A stretch of DNA of 64,000 nt from NCBI GenBank assembly GCA_048013815.1, contig CM106585.1, positions 7,378,001 to 7,442,000 of the forward strand, written 5' to 3'. Below the pieces are notes generated by a model, which saw only the letters and a program-made list of their open reading frames with translations, was not told the origin of the DNA and ran no database searches. Position 1 is the stretch's first letter. Each line of letters starts with the position of its first letter. This document shows, piece after piece, positions 47,201-62,200 of this stretch. The DNA comes from Setoptus koraiensis. Taxonomy: Eukaryota; Animalia; Arthropoda. The position numbers and the translations under genes are program-made.

Positions 47201-50200
47201 ATCGCCAACTTGAAAGGGAAATTTTCCGCCGGCGACAACAAACGGCTCCACTGACCCAACCGACGGCCGGGCCTCGTTCGGGCGACCGAGCGGGCACACA
47301 GATAAACATAATTGTTTGTTGTAGCAAGGCAGCCAATTGGAACGGGACCGCTTACGTAAGTGCGTTTGGCGGCATTTGCCAGGCACAATTGGCACATTTG
47401 GCACATTTGCCAGCGAGCATTAAATCTCAGCAAATGCGGCCACATCTTGTTGAGATTTGAGCAAGTTGATGGCGACTTGGCTCAAGTGGATATTTAATGA
47501 TATTTGATGTTGTCCAGACCGGACTGCTGCTGACCAGCGTCGCATAAGGCACCAACAAGTAACAGTGGCTAACAATGGCAAACCGAGACAATTGTTGGTT
47601 CGGTGCTTGCCACAGGCTAATTACGGCCACCATTGTGGCCGCAATATTATCATAAATAATCAAGCGTAATTAGCCGGCGTCGTCATGATGATGATGATGA
47701 TGATGATATTTGCATACATCATGAATCGCGCATACTCGCGCCATATTTCTCATATCGCACGCTTGTGTGATGGACAACTTTGGCCATGCGACTACATTAT
47801 TGGTCGCTTGTGACGACGCTCATGACGACGCTCATGACGAGGCCGGCGACGACGACTAGCCGAGACTGAAACGAGAAGATAGAGGCCGTCATGACCGTGA
47901 TTGGCACAAATTACCATTGTTTGTTTGTTTGTTTTGAATTAGCCCGCAAATCGGCCATCTGATACGCCGATCTGGCCAATGTTCAGCCGGCGAGCCGACT
48001 GTTGCAACAACGAGCCGACTGTTGCAAGAATCGTTTGTTGTCTCAGGCCATGAGTCGAGCCTCGACACTCGGCCTGACACAACAAAGAACCGGATGGCTC
48101 AATTAGCCGCCGCCCGGCGTCGTCTCAACATTGGCAACAATAAGCAGTTAAGTGAGTTCGATTAATAATAATAATCTCTCTCCAATAGAGCATTCCAATG
48201 GAGTATTATGTAATGGAACAGCCTCGACAGTGCGGCCCGCTGAATGGCTTGTTAGTGGGCGGATTCATCGGGCCAATTAATTGGGCATTTACTGGCCGGC
48301 TAAATGACTGGCTCGTTGATTGAGCCGGCCGCTCATTGAAATTGCTTTTCGCTGAATCTTTCATAGGCAATCTTGCCAGCGTGCGTCGCCATGGTGATGC
48401 CATCGATCATTGGCATGTCTCTATATAAATAAAAAGAAAAAGTAAAAATAAAAAGAATTCGCACTCGCCGACGCCAGACGAAGCGCCGAGTTTTGACAAA
48501 TTAAACATTGCAGCTAACGATCGGTGGCAATCAAGCCGAAAGCAGCGGCAACAGCAAATAAACAATTTGCTAATCAATTAGCGCGCCGAGGCCAAGCTAA
48601 GAATCATCATTAATTAGCCGCTGTCTCGCTGTATCACACAAAGCGAGCTTCGGGCAACTTGCGGCGCACTTTTTAACTAGCCCAGCAACGGCAATACGCC
48701 GCTGCTCGACGATCTTGCCAACGTTTGCTGTAGCGTCTTCGTGTCGACTGACAGACAAGTTGTGAGCCACTTACAGTTGTTGTCGGCTGTTGTGAGCTGT
48801 TAGCGAGCCGGCCCAATGATTCGCAACACGAACAAACAACAATAAAGATAAATTTTCATTATTGTGGCTCTGCCTCAAAAGTTTATTCATCAAAGTGGAC
48901 GGTGCGAGAGGCGAAGAAAGTCACTGTTGTTGCTCGACTCACAACAGTTCAATCTCAACTGACTTGTGAGTGCGCTGAGTGTGTGTGTCCGATAACTAAT
49001 TATTATTCCGTCGGCTGCGCCAACTTGCCATCATCAATCCCAACACACACTGGCCCTAATAAATAATGTAATAATGCCCTAAACGCACTAGACTGAAGTG
49101 GCGCTTTCATTAATGAAAACTATTAATGAAAGCGCCATTGATGCCAGCCGATTGCAAACAGGCACACACCCAGCCTGAATAAATTACGTAACAACCGGCA
49201 CAAGATAGATTGATGGTGGCGCAAATAGGGATTGTTTGCACTGGCTGGCACTGGTCTCGCGATAACTTGACACCGTCAACTACAACTGCATGCCCAGTGT
49301 CCAGTTACCGAATTTAGTCTAGATGAAATGAAATAATGATAATCGATCTTGTCTCTTGGTCGGGGGCCGGCGCGCACAATAATTGATTGTTTGTTGACAA
49401 GCGTCTTGTGACAAGTTTCTCTTGTCTGTTCGCTTGCTCGCTTGTCAGTCGTTTGTCGTTGTCGCCATTTTCATGCCCTTCTCCATGTCGTTGTTTCTGT
49501 CCTGTTGCACTGGCGATGCTGTGCGCACCACAACAACCACCACCACCACCACCACCACAAACCGTTGTTGCGCAATCCAACACAAACACAATGCAACCCG
49601 AAACTCTCACACTGGTCACCTCGTCGAGTCGTGCCGCCATTGTTGTTGGTGTTGTTGTCGCTGTTGTCGTTGTTGTCGTTGTTGTTGGTGTCGTAGTCGC
49701 AGTCGCCCGCTCGAACTGCAACCGGCCGACTGTGGGTAATACTCGGTGAGTATGCAATCCGATTCACTATTTAATTCGATTGGCGACGTAAATTTTATTG
49801 TGATTCCAACAATCAATCTATCGTTTCGTGTGATGCAAGTTGCATCACGCAAGCGCCGCAACGATGCCAAATTTCACATTCACCGAAACTCACCGACAAT
49901 ATTTTATATTGACCAAAACAACGGAAAATTGGCGCTCAATGGTTTGAGAAAATTGTTGGACTGCCGTTGGCATGGCGACACAGTCCGACAATGCCCAGAC
50001 ACATTTTTAGTCATTTTTAGCGCAAGCCAAGGTCAGTGTGAGGCAACACTTTCCTTTTCGCTATTGCGCCAATGCGATTGCATGCGCAAAATTCCTTTCA
50101 CTTTCGCTTTTTTCCCACACGCAATCGCTTGCCAATTGGCAGTACTTTTCATTCATAAAATATAAAAGGAATTGCGCGTGAAAATGCCAGTTGCCTGAGA

Positions 50201-53200
50201 TTGTCAGTTGGCTAGACAGAGAGAGCGAGAGCTAGGCTAGACAGAGCGTGGCGACAAGTGGAAAGCGCCCTCTTCTATCGGCCGTCTGGGCGGCCGATGC
50301 ATTTGCCGATGGCCAGCCATTGGCCGTTGTCTCGCCATCGGAATGGGCCGCCAACAATGGCTGTGGGAGCACAACAACAGCTGACAAGTGTCTGTCAGAT
50401 TGTTTTGTCACAAATTAGAATCTGTCAGTGACGTCGTTGTGACAGCGCGCCAGATGATTGCGTGACACAATTGACGCAACTCACTCATTGCAAGCTATTG
50501 CGTCTAAAAATGGCCGCTGCCTGAAATCAGCTGACTGTTGCTCATTGTTATTATTGGTGGCTGTCGTTGGCATCGTTGATATTATTGCCACTATCGCTGC
50601 TATTGCCACTATTGGCGATTGAATAAACAGTGAATTATCAAATTATCGGCGTGTGGGGGCGACCGTTACTTTGGTAGGCGCCGCATCGGGCGACAGCAAG
50701 CGCAAGATAAGAGTAGATTGCGCCACATTGGGTGTAGCCAACTATCAGCTATCGGCTAATTAGCAGTTGCCGCTTGTTGGGGTTACCCGTTTAACGGGCA
50801 GCGCAAACAATGGCCAGTTAGTGGTCGTGACAAAAGTTAATAAGTTGGCCAACACACTCAAAACAAGTGTTTGGCGTGTTACGTCATGTTTGTTGCTGTT
50901 GTTGTTGTCGTTGTTGGTGTCGTTGTCGGTGTTGCTGCTGCTGCTTGTGCCGTGTCGACTCGTAGCCGCATAGCAACGTTGCAACAGCAGGCCGATTATA
51001 AATTGTGAATTATAAATTCATAAAAATAAAAATAAAAAACTCGTTAGTATGCGCTGTTGTCTACTAATGGATTACGTAACACGCCGTGTGCAAATGAGTG
51101 GCAGCGAACGCCAGAGATGTTGTTGCGAAGGACCTTGTATTGCCAATGCTAACGCCAGATAATGCCATATAACGCCACATAATGCCATATAACGCCATAT
51201 AATGCAGCCAGTTGCATAACATAGTGCACGCAGAAGGGACGCAAGCAAAAATTACGAATCTCGCATGGTCGCTGGCTTTGTTTTTTATACAAATTACAAG
51301 TCGCAAGCTCGCTTGTTGTTGTTGTTGCTCACCTGTTGTAATGGCAGACATGTCATGCGACTGGCAAACTAGTCAACTATGCAATCAGCTGGACACACGG
51401 CGCAACAACAATCTTGTAGGAGATGTTGCATCATGTTACAAGTGACTCTCTAACAAGAGCCAGTGTGAGACAACAATCGAAATGCTGGCCCCTTGTTGGC
51501 TCAGAGCGTGCCAATCGGCCGCCAACTGGCTCACTCAAACAATTAGTGCACACACGCTGGATAATCACATCGCATCGCACATTATAATGTTATTATTATA
51601 TTGTTATATCATTATGTTATTAGCTGCTGTCAGGTTGTTTGGCGCTGGCAGTGTATTAATTATTGCAGTCAGTTGTGCCATGTTGTAATAGTTACATAAC
51701 TCGGCATCATGATCGCTGTTGTATAACAAGCGACTTGTTTGTGTGTGAGTGCGAGATCGACCATTCCAGATCGAAAGAGATAACGCTCATCGGCGTGCTC
51801 GTTGGTGGCTTTTAATTCGAGTCACTTTGCACTTCGCACTCTTTGTTTGTTGTTCTCGCCATCGCTCGAATTGAATCGCTCCGAACTCAAACTCCGATGC
51901 CGACATGAATTCTCGAATCTTATCTAAAGATTCCTTGCAGCGAGTTGCAGGAAATTCGCGGCTGTGTTGGCATGTTGTTGCTGTTTGGCTGCTGCAACTC
52001 ACATTGTCAGTTGCCAGTTTGCAGCGATGAGCCTCTGATAGCCAGCCAGTGATACAATTAATGGCGTCATCAATGTTACATACAGTGTGTAACGAAAGAA
52101 TGCATAAGGGCGAGCGAGAGAGAGAGAGAGAAAGAGAAAAGTCACAATTGAGCGTCAATCATCTGGAAGGAGCGAACAGCGAAAATACCATTTGCGCCAA
52201 CTAGAAATAGAAACAGCCACCATTCGCGGCTGGCTAGGCTCGAACTCTCGGATCGCTTGCCTTCGATGATGACTGTTTTTCTTTGCTACGAGCCCATTCT
52301 TTTCATTCTTGTTGGCCTTCTTTTTGCCATTATTTCCACTCTTCGTCTTTCTCCTCCGTTTTTGCTCTCCTTTTCGCTCTCTTGTTGCTGCTCGTTTCGC
52401 TCTTCTTTTCGCTCGCTTATTTGGACAGTTTGTTGCGCACACCGAGTTGGTGCTCAACAAACTGTCATTGTTGTCTGATACAAATGTCGCATCTCCAGCC
52501 CGATTTTTTGCCCTATCCCCAATTGATCAATGCGATGATGTAGGTGTTGGGCTGCTTGAGTTGGGCGTCGAGCAAAAACAAAAGTCCATTGGCCGTTGAT
52601 TGGCGCCACTCGCAAACACACAAAATCTAATAATAATCTGTGGCACGAATCGTGTTACATCATACAACATGTTTAACTTGTTACTGGCAGTGCGCACCAG
52701 TGACCTCACAAATGCAATTACTATTATACAAAAAAGAAACAATTATTTCATGTCTAAATATAGATCGGTCAATACGCTGCTGCTGCTGCTTCCGACTTGA
52801 ATTAGCCACACTTTCCACACTGTGTTTTGGCACACTTTTTGCCAACTTTCAATTCAACTTTTTCACACTGACAACCATGTGACCAGAAATACACACTGTC
52901 GAGGTGTCATTTTCGGCAGCTACTATCGACATGTCGTCGTTTTGTGTAATTTGCCAATTGCAAGTAATTTGGCATGGTGTGCCGTATTGCACTGGTCCAC
53001 GTCACAGATAATAAAATTTGCAGCGAAAAGTGTCAACTGACTCGTTTGTGTACGGCCCAGGTGAACAAAAAGTGAACCGATATAGTAACCGACCGAATAA
53101 ATAGCACCGACTTGGCGCTTTTTATTATTTATGCAATAATAAAAAGTGTGCTCCAATAATTTATTGGTTTATTTGGCTGAGGGCGGCATCCATATCGTGT

Positions 53201-56200
53201 AATTAGCCGATGACCAATTAGTTAATGACAAGTCTCGCTACAAGGGCTAATTAGGGCTTAATTAACGACACGCTGATGGTGTTGGTCAATTTTTACAGAG
53301 TTTAATATGTATTTATGTGTGTAGTTTGGCCAGTTGTGAGTTAGGTGATTAATAGGGGCTATTATTGGTGCGACCAGCTGTACCGGGCCTGTAGCTATTT
53401 ACAGTACAAATTACGGCCAGGTAAACATTGAATTGCGCCAGCGCGAATTGAATTTGTCCAGGTGAGTGTGTGCAGCTTGGTCAGTTTTGGCACCACTTGT
53501 GGTGTTAGTTACATGACAGGCTGTTTATTGTGCAATATACATGTTATATAAATAGTCGTTATAAACACAAGAGCGACGCAAGTGTCAAAAACAAGATAAA
53601 TAAAATGACCATCAAACACAAACAGCGTCAAAATAACTAATCGGGCTCGCAATCAATTTGACGGCCCTCTTGAGCCGCTCTTGCGATGCCTGTCGCCCGG
53701 TTGCCTGCTGGAGGCTCGTTTTTTCACTTGTCCCGATTTCACCAATTCCAGCTGACCAATCCAAACTGACCACTGGCCAGTGCGAATTGAGAGTGACTGC
53801 GAAAAGAGAGCATGCTGTTGCGCAACTTTGGCCAACGAAACGATTTTGGCCAGCCTGCCGGCTCGAATCAACAACAACTTGCGATGCGATTCACAACAAG
53901 TGAGTCGTTAGCGAGCCCACGTTCGGCGGGCTCGGCGATGCTCGTTTTGATCGGATTTCGCTCACTTGGAGCAGGTTGCGGTGGCGCCCGTCGTTGTTTT
54001 GCAGGCAAAACAAGGCCGCCAGGTAATAGTTATTGTTTCTTTTATTGATGATGATGGCCGGATCATCATCAATAAAAGGCACTGATTACGCTGATTAGAC
54101 CGGGGACGACGTGTAAACACCTAGTTCAAGTGTTTGCCCAACAATGAGAACAGATCCATCTCAATCTCGCCCATCGCAAGCCGCAATTTCGGCCGATGCC
54201 GAGTCGCACAATCGGGCGCAGACTGCGGTCGCACTGCCGCCATTCCGGCATTTCGGCATTTCGACGCATCAGCATTTCCACATTTTCACAATTCACCATG
54301 CCGACTATTAAAAGTGACCGGCATTAAAACGTTTCAACAAAGGTCTTGGTGAGTCGGGACGATTGCATCTGGAGCGGGCGTTGTTTTTCATTTTTTTTTT
54401 CATCATGCGTCATGGCAGAGACGAGATTTGATAAGTTTGCAGATTTGGCGCATTCGCGAGCTGTTGTTGGCTCGAAAGAAGGCAGGTGATTGTGCAAATC
54501 GTTGCAAATGTTGCTGTTGAAATGCGATATAGACGCTGCTCCAATTTATTTATGTGCGCCATTGCCGTTCACGCAACACACTGCGTATCGTGACTCGATT
54601 GTGGCAAGGCATCGAAAAGTTTGAGATTGAATCGAAAGTATTTGCGGCAAACAGCAACAATGTTGACCCTCGTTCACGGTAGCCAGTTGCTAGCTTTGCG
54701 GCAAGCGATTCTTGCCCACAATTGACTGTGCTAGTGAGTTGTCGGCCGAAGAATCGCTTTCCAATTGGCGAGCCAGCTCACAAGCCGGCCGGACAATCGC
54801 TTCGCCGGCCAGTGCGACAAGTGTTGGCCAGCCGCATGGACTAGCAAAAGAATTTCTCTTCCTGGAATTTCTGTGTCGATTTCGAGATTGGCGCTCGCTG
54901 CTATTGGACGATGGCGGTGGCCCGAATCAACGACTTGACCGGTGGCCATCGATGGCATGGCGAGCACAATATCGCCATAAATCTGTCACTTGGGCCATGC
55001 GGCCACATTTTCGGCGACCGCTGGCCCTGAAGCCGAATCAGCCAGAAACTGACCAGAAACTGACCAGAAACTAACGACAAAGTGACGGTAAACCAACCAG
55101 AAACTAACTAGAAACCAACTAGTGACAAGCAAGCAAGCCATGCGAAATGGAAGCCGACGCGCAAATATTATCGATGGGTGCACAAACAGCGACCAACGGT
55201 TTGTGTTAGTTGACCAGCTAATGTCGGTTTGACACAAGCACCGAAATGTGCAAACAATTTAACGAATCAACACAACTGGCCGACTGTTGCTGGCCAGAGA
55301 GTCAGAGAGGCCAACAACAACAATTTGTGCACATTCTTTTATTGCTGTCAGCGCTGTTTGAGTTGGCTCGAGAACAAACAAACAAATAATTGATTTAGTT
55401 CTAATTGCAACTCGACTCAATGATAATGATGATCGCTGCAACGATAAGATTAACGGCCGATAATCAACTAATTGTTGATCGGGCCTGTTGCAGCTTAAAA
55501 CAATTTCTGCCCTGCTAACTATTATTATCACCATCGGGCGTTTAATTATTTTTTATTGGCCATCGGCTCGCATTCGCTCAATATCGAGTGACTGATTGGG
55601 TCACTCGATATGTTCACTGAACAGTGTTCAGTGAGTCACAGTGTGGCGACATTACATTGAAGCCAGCGGATAATTGACATTGCCTGTTGCTTGTTGCATG
55701 GCCCACAGACACTCCATTAGTTTGTGGCCCTGCCAACGTTGCCAGCCGATATCCTAATTGCTCGCTAAAGAGACGCATGCTATTGGCGATGATATTGGCT
55801 GAGATTGCCCATCGATTGGACGTTTGATTTAATCGCAAGCAAAAATCGCTTGCAACCGATATGGCACGCCGGCCTCACCATAACTTATCAAGAATTTGTG
55901 AGACGTGTGCTTGTTTTCCAACTCGAAATGGAAATGGAAAAGCGAAAGCTCGCTTGTGTGAATGGTGGAAACGAATGAATATTTGTGACGTTTAATTAAA
56001 ATTAAACGTCATTGTCGCCCAAATCCGATAACAAGAGCTGCGATTGACATTTGCGAGCATCGACATGCTCACAGGCACAGCCACAGGCCAAAGCTGGCCG
56101 CTGGCCCGATTATCCGGCTAATTAATATTCCATGGGCAGTGGCAGAAAATGATTTATTGGTTGGCAACAGGACGAGCTGGCCGATTGGCCGGTCAATTAG

Positions 56201-59200
56201 CAAGGCGACTGTTTGCATACTTGTACACACAAATAGTACCCACATAAGAAGCTCTTACGACAAACAGCAAACAGGTTAGTTGATTTTGTTTAAATTTGTG
56301 CGCTGCACAACATTGAATATCGCAAATGTTAGCATCGCACAAAATGGGAACACGGCGGCGCATCGCAGCGCATCGTGTTCAATTAATTAGAGGGCTAATT
56401 AGTGCCACTTTTCGCCACGCCATCCTCTCTCTCTCTGTCAGAGCAAATAATCTCAATGATCTCGAATGAGGGCCACGCTGTTGCATGCACGGTAGTCACA
56501 ACAGTCACACACTGCGCTTGGCCGCTTGCGTTAGCGTGGAAACTTGCTGCAACTTCCGGTCAGTTGAGCTTGCAACATGGGAGAGTGCAAATTGCAACTG
56601 GTGTGTGCTTTAATTGCTGCTGCTCTTTTAATTGTTGCGTCACACAAGCAGCGCCAGTGGCAGTGGCAGTGGCAGTGTGGCATCAGTGCAAATAGAGACA
56701 TAGTAAACAGACGAGGCAAACAAACTAAATGTGACACTAACTGTGCAAGCATTCATTGGCTGGCATGAAGAAGATGCCACTCACAAAATTGTTTGTGGCA
56801 GCCAACGCTTGAGCGGCCAAAGTGCAAGTGCATTTGTGTGCGTGCTTGTCGCGCTGTTGGCCAGCTCACCTGTCCTATGACTCACAGGCTGCGAGTGACT
56901 ATGCAAAGTGCGGCCAATCGGACGGACTTTGCATTTTCAAAATAATATTTTCAGCTCTGACAAGTCGTCTGACAGGTGAGTGTCGCGAGCACGCAAATCA
57001 GTGGAGCGACTGTCTGGGTGTGTGCGTGCATCTCGCAACACCGAGCCAACAAGTAGGAGAGATGTGGCAGCGGATAGCGGCCATGAGTTCATGAGCACCA
57101 TGATAATAACGACAGCAGTAATGATAATAATAATGATGATTTGATCACTTGATCGACCAAGCGCGATATGAATCAATCTCCGCCAGGGATTCCACAGAAT
57201 CTCCGCCAGGGATTCTGTGCCAGCGAATCTGTGGCGTTCTTTTGTGGCCTTTCAAACACTCCGAACGCTTCGAGCGCTTCGAACGCTTCGAACGGTCGCT
57301 TGCAGTTGGCAATCTTGCAGCGTCCTCGTTGCTCGCTCGTATCGCTTGTGTGGCTGTCGTGTGTTTATGTAACGAGCTGCAACGGTCATGCTCGCATCAG
57401 GTGCGTCAGATGGCCAAGGCCAGATAAGCGATTGGGCCCGTCGCATTTGGCTCGGTGCCAGTGTCACCCGTGACACTGTCCAATGTCAAACAAATGCCCT
57501 CAACAAAGGCCATCGCTGGTATCAGCTGATTGCTCAGCTGATATCAGTATATCACACTTGTTGGCGTGCTCTTATGACAGCCACCATGTATGACAGCCAC
57601 TATGTGTGACAGCCAGAGGTTATTGGCACCGGGCAGAGAATTTTGACAACATTCGGACAACAACAAACAACAAGCAACGAACAACAAACAACCACGGACG
57701 ACGGACAACGGACAGCGGAATTGAGCCGGCGATTGTGCAGCGCTTCAACGAAACGACAACAACCGAAAAGCGGCCACTCACCAGCGAAAATAAACCCAAA
57801 AACGAAAGCGAAAACTGCAACTTGTTCTACTTGTCGCTCTCTTACCTGTGGCTCCATTGTTCGCTGTTTGGTCAACAGTTTGCCGTTCGGCCAACAATGC
57901 AGCGCGGTGGGCGCAAGACAAAGTATATCATGGTCAGCCTATCTGACAAGTATTATAAGTTATGATCGATTATATTGTGCGCGCATCCTGGCGCTTGCTC
58001 GCAAGACACAACAACAACAAGTTTGCACTGTTTTAACTGGCTCTGTCAGGCTCTGTCAGGCTCTGTCGGGCGCAGCGAACAGTTTGAAATATCTCTCTGT
58101 TGCCACTAATGCCACTGCTTACGAGAATTGGCGAAATTCCGCATCACTTCATCTCAATGGCTACGCGCACAAACAAACACATGCGCTCGGACATGCGAGC
58201 CTTCCATTCGGCTAGGCCCAATGTGCATTTTATTAGCGTTACTACTGTATTGCCGTTGCAGTGGCCACTCGTGCTGGTCGCCAGCGAACTGTTGTTGTTG
58301 TTTTCGAATTGTTGTTGTTGTTGTTGTTGCTTTCCAAGTTCGCGTTTCCAAGTTTGAATTTCGAACTTCGAACGCACAGCGATTTCGAACAGCGATTCTT
58401 TCGGCCGCGCTAGGCACAATTGTTTTCGTTCGAACACACCGACAAACACTGACTGTCACAGTCACACTGTGAGCGGTGCGCGCCAAAACTCGCGCACGCC
58501 GGCCCACTGAGTTTACAGGTTGTTGCCGTTGCTGATCCGTGTAGCGGCGGCGGCATAGCGCCCCCCGTTCTTATCTGGCCTCTTCATCTGCGCGTCATAT
58601 ATTATCATTGCCAGTTCGCTGCACTGGCGCAATCAGGCGCCGCAGATCGCGCCACCGGCTCTCGAGCGCCGCTCGTCGGACCGGTCGGCCGGCCAGTTCG
58701 CTGGCAGATTCGCAGTTCGCTGGCGAATCGGCAGTTCGCGCTTCGAAGCTCAAAGCGCTCGCTGGCCGCTACTCAAAATTGAACACGACCGCTGTTTATC
58801 GCCAGTGCGTGCACTGGTTCGAGGCCGAGCTACCAGCGCACGGTAGCAAGTGGCGAGAGGCGAGCATGATTGATACGTCCGCGCCGTGTCGCCATCTCTG
58901 CCACTGGCCAGCATATGCGCCGGCTTCTCTTGCTCGACGCGAGATTCTTCTGACAACGAGCCAGAGATGCGGCCAAACCAACTTGCCATCTCAACTGATG
59001 CCAATTGGCGGCTATTCGCACCGCGAGCCGCAAATTCTCGCCAATCCATTGGCAGTGCGATAGGTGGCAATTGGAAGCGGCCAGAATTGATATTTCTCGC
59101 CGCTCGTTCGGTTCTGTTCTCGGTGTGACAGCGCCGCCTTGTGTGCGTGCTAATCCAATCAAAGAGGCAGTTACAATAAATTATTTCAAGTTATCTGTCG

Positions 59201-62200
59201 CTGTTGTTGTCGCTGTCGCTGTTGCTGCTGTGCATTTTTCGCTTTCTCCATCCAATATCCAGATAGCCGCGCCAGACCATTGTGATACGTGCCCGATTCG
59301 CACACTGGCCACTGATTATGTTGGCACCAATGCTAATTCGAACGCACCATCTAATCTGAAATCTCTGCACAGAATCCGCTGCCCGGCCGGCGTCACTTGT
59401 TAGCTGGAGCCCTGGCCCCGGATTACGCCCGTGCCGCCGCTGTCATTGTTAAGAGCATAACTGTGTGGCATTATAATTCTAGCGAGAATTCCATTCTCTT
59501 CTTTGCATTATTGTAATATTGTCCGGCCAACTGGCGCCCAACTAGGCGGCCACTGTGAATTAGGCGACCCGCAACATTGGTCAGCTCGGCCGGCCGCTCG
59601 TCTCGGCGACTCAATGCGCCGGTCTCATTGGCCCGACCGCCGCCGCTGTCGCATGCGAACGGGCGCCAAGTTGGCCCAGTCTGTGTAAATTATAACACAG
59701 TGCGCCGGTCGGGCCGCGGATTCTGTGCAGAGACGGGTCCGTTGGCCAGCTCCCAATGCAACGGACCGAAACGACAACGGTCAACAAACATTGACTTTTG
59801 ATTTTGTTGCTTCGTGATCTCCTTTTATTATCCACGCCACGAATGTCGTGTTTGTTGTCTTAATAGTTGTGTCCAACTGTCCACTGTGTCCGCCGTCCGT
59901 GCCCGACTTTGTCCACTGCGTGCCCCGTCCAGTCTGTTGGCTCGGGCCAACCATTAAATGGTGGTCGGCCCGAGCCAACAGAACTGTTGGCGGGGCCGCC
60001 TGGAGCATCCTCCCACGTTTGCGGCGCGCAAACAGCGGCGCGCCAATATTACGGTCGCCCTACTACTCGCGATATTGCATTGCTCTAGCGCTGGATATTA
60101 GATCTCTATCGTGCTAGTTGGGCCAGATCCAGTTGCCAGTGTGCATGCCGTACAGACACAGACGATAACTGGCCCCGGATAAACAGAATCCAATTTCGAT
60201 AGAGACGTCAGACCATTAGTTTGCGGCGCGGTCGGTGTGTTTGCTCGCCCACAACTGGCCATGCCCATGGCTCGCTCGGGCGTCTCTGGCGTTTTGTTTG
60301 TCTGGCCAAACATGTCAACGACGTGGCCCCCGAAATGGAAGCCAATTCGGTGCCGCCGCCGATGTCGCTGCTGTCGCTGGTGGCAATATAAATTACAATG
60401 CACAACGGCGCTAATGCCGCCAGATGAACCGAGTCCATTTTCGACCGAGCGCTGGCACGACACAACCGCCGCTGCTGCTGTTGCCGCTGCTGTTGCTGTT
60501 GGCATAAAAACAACAAATAAACATTCCATTAGAGGCCTAGCGCTTCTTCTGGGAACCAAAATTTACAATGGCCATTTGGCGACTCGCTATCGGCGACAGT
60601 GGCGACCCGCAGCGACCGCGGCTCCAGTTTCCACAATCCGGTGCTCGTTTGCCAACTTTGCCAACAGTCTGCCGAAATTGTGTGTCGCCCAAAACTGATA
60701 GTTATATATTATTATCATTACTTTACATTATCATTGCGACATAATGGCTTTTCACCGGGCAATACTTTCATTATCGGGCTGCTAGGGGCTGTTTCAGTAG
60801 GGGCGCGCCGGAGAACTTGAGTGGCACTTGTTCGAAAGATGCCTTGTGGCGCCATCTAGCGGCGATTCGCTCATACAGGTGCTCGAACAGAGACAATTCA
60901 AATTTTTTCCAATTTTATATTTTTTTTAAATCCTAATTCATTCTCGTTCTTGCAAATTGCCGTCGAGATGGCCGTTGGTTGCGGAACGGCTATTCGAATA
61001 ATTATTACATCATACAAAACAGATTGAGGGGTGTCAACTCAACGAGACCAGAAGCGTGCAAATTGTGCAATGAAAGGGAGCGAGATTGTTCGAAAGAGGC
61101 GCTCGCTTCTTTTGAGCCAGTCAATGGGTCCAGTGAACTAAGCTAGTCAGTGCAAAGTCGATAGAGGGCATTCTATTTATTACGGGCCATTTGGCGCTGC
61201 TCGTTGCTATTCGAATGTGTTCCGAAGATCGCCACCGAACGAATTAATTAATTCGAAGCGTTCAAATACACGATGCGACGGATATTTGAATCGAAGCAGA
61301 ACGGACCGTGCAAGCGAACAACAAAGATGGAAATGTAGTTGTTGTTGTTGCCATTTTTGTTGCTGTTGTTGTTGCTCATCCGCTTAGTAGCGGCAATAAT
61401 TGCTATATATCATCACATATCATCATTTATATGGCATCATCGTGGTCACAGTCGCCGTGGGCACGGTCACAGTCGCCGTGGCACGTTATCTCCGGGGTGG
61501 CTCGAGGAAGACAAAAACAAACAACAGTTGATAGTGTGAGAACCAAAGAACGGCGCCATTCGTTCTTTGGGCCACTGTGTGCATAAACAATCCGGCAAAA
61601 TCTCGAGTTCTGGCCACTCGTGTGGCTAGACGAGCGACAAGAAGAGAGCGAGAGAGAGAGTGACAAAATTACTGTTACTATGTCTGATGGCGAATATTAT
61701 GTAACTAGTAGCGGCGAGGGGCCAGAGAAGAAGTATCATCATTCACTGTCAATGGCGTTTGTTGACATTGCATTAGCGCCGGCAAACATTGATGACGTAA
61801 CGATGTTGTTGCTGTCGTTGTTGTTGTCGTTGCCACCAACAAATATCTGCATGTTGTATCGCGCGTTGGCCAGCCAATGGATGCAATGGATGGCGATGCA
61901 AAAACGACAACGACAGTTACATTTAGGCCAATGCTATTTGGCCGGCGCTGGCAACGTCGCTAGCTGGCCAGTGGGCTGCCCAAACGGCGGTTGTAGCGGC
62001 GACGCTCGGAAACATGATCGTGAGACAAGTCGAAATGAAACCACGACGCCGATGAACAAGACAGATAATAATAATCAGATGAGACACAACAACATTTGCA
62101 GTTGGCGTGGTTGTTGTTGTTGTTGCTGCTGCTGTTGTTGTTGCCGGTGCACCTCGCTGTGGCAGCGGCGCAATGTCGCCTGGTGTGGTCGCCGCCAGTG

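Noticed and set aside
49387-49749. ORF with TM-like poly-V segment ending at a GTGAGT donor
   Set aside because: The helix is encoded by (GTT/GTC)n; no other support.
49860-50035. FHIHRNSPTIFYIDQNNGKLAL...LLD, reminiscent of a cadherin repeat
   Set aside because: Lacks the DxD, LDRE and DxNDN calcium-binding motifs and has no neighbouring repeats; a Pfam PF00028 scan would settle it.
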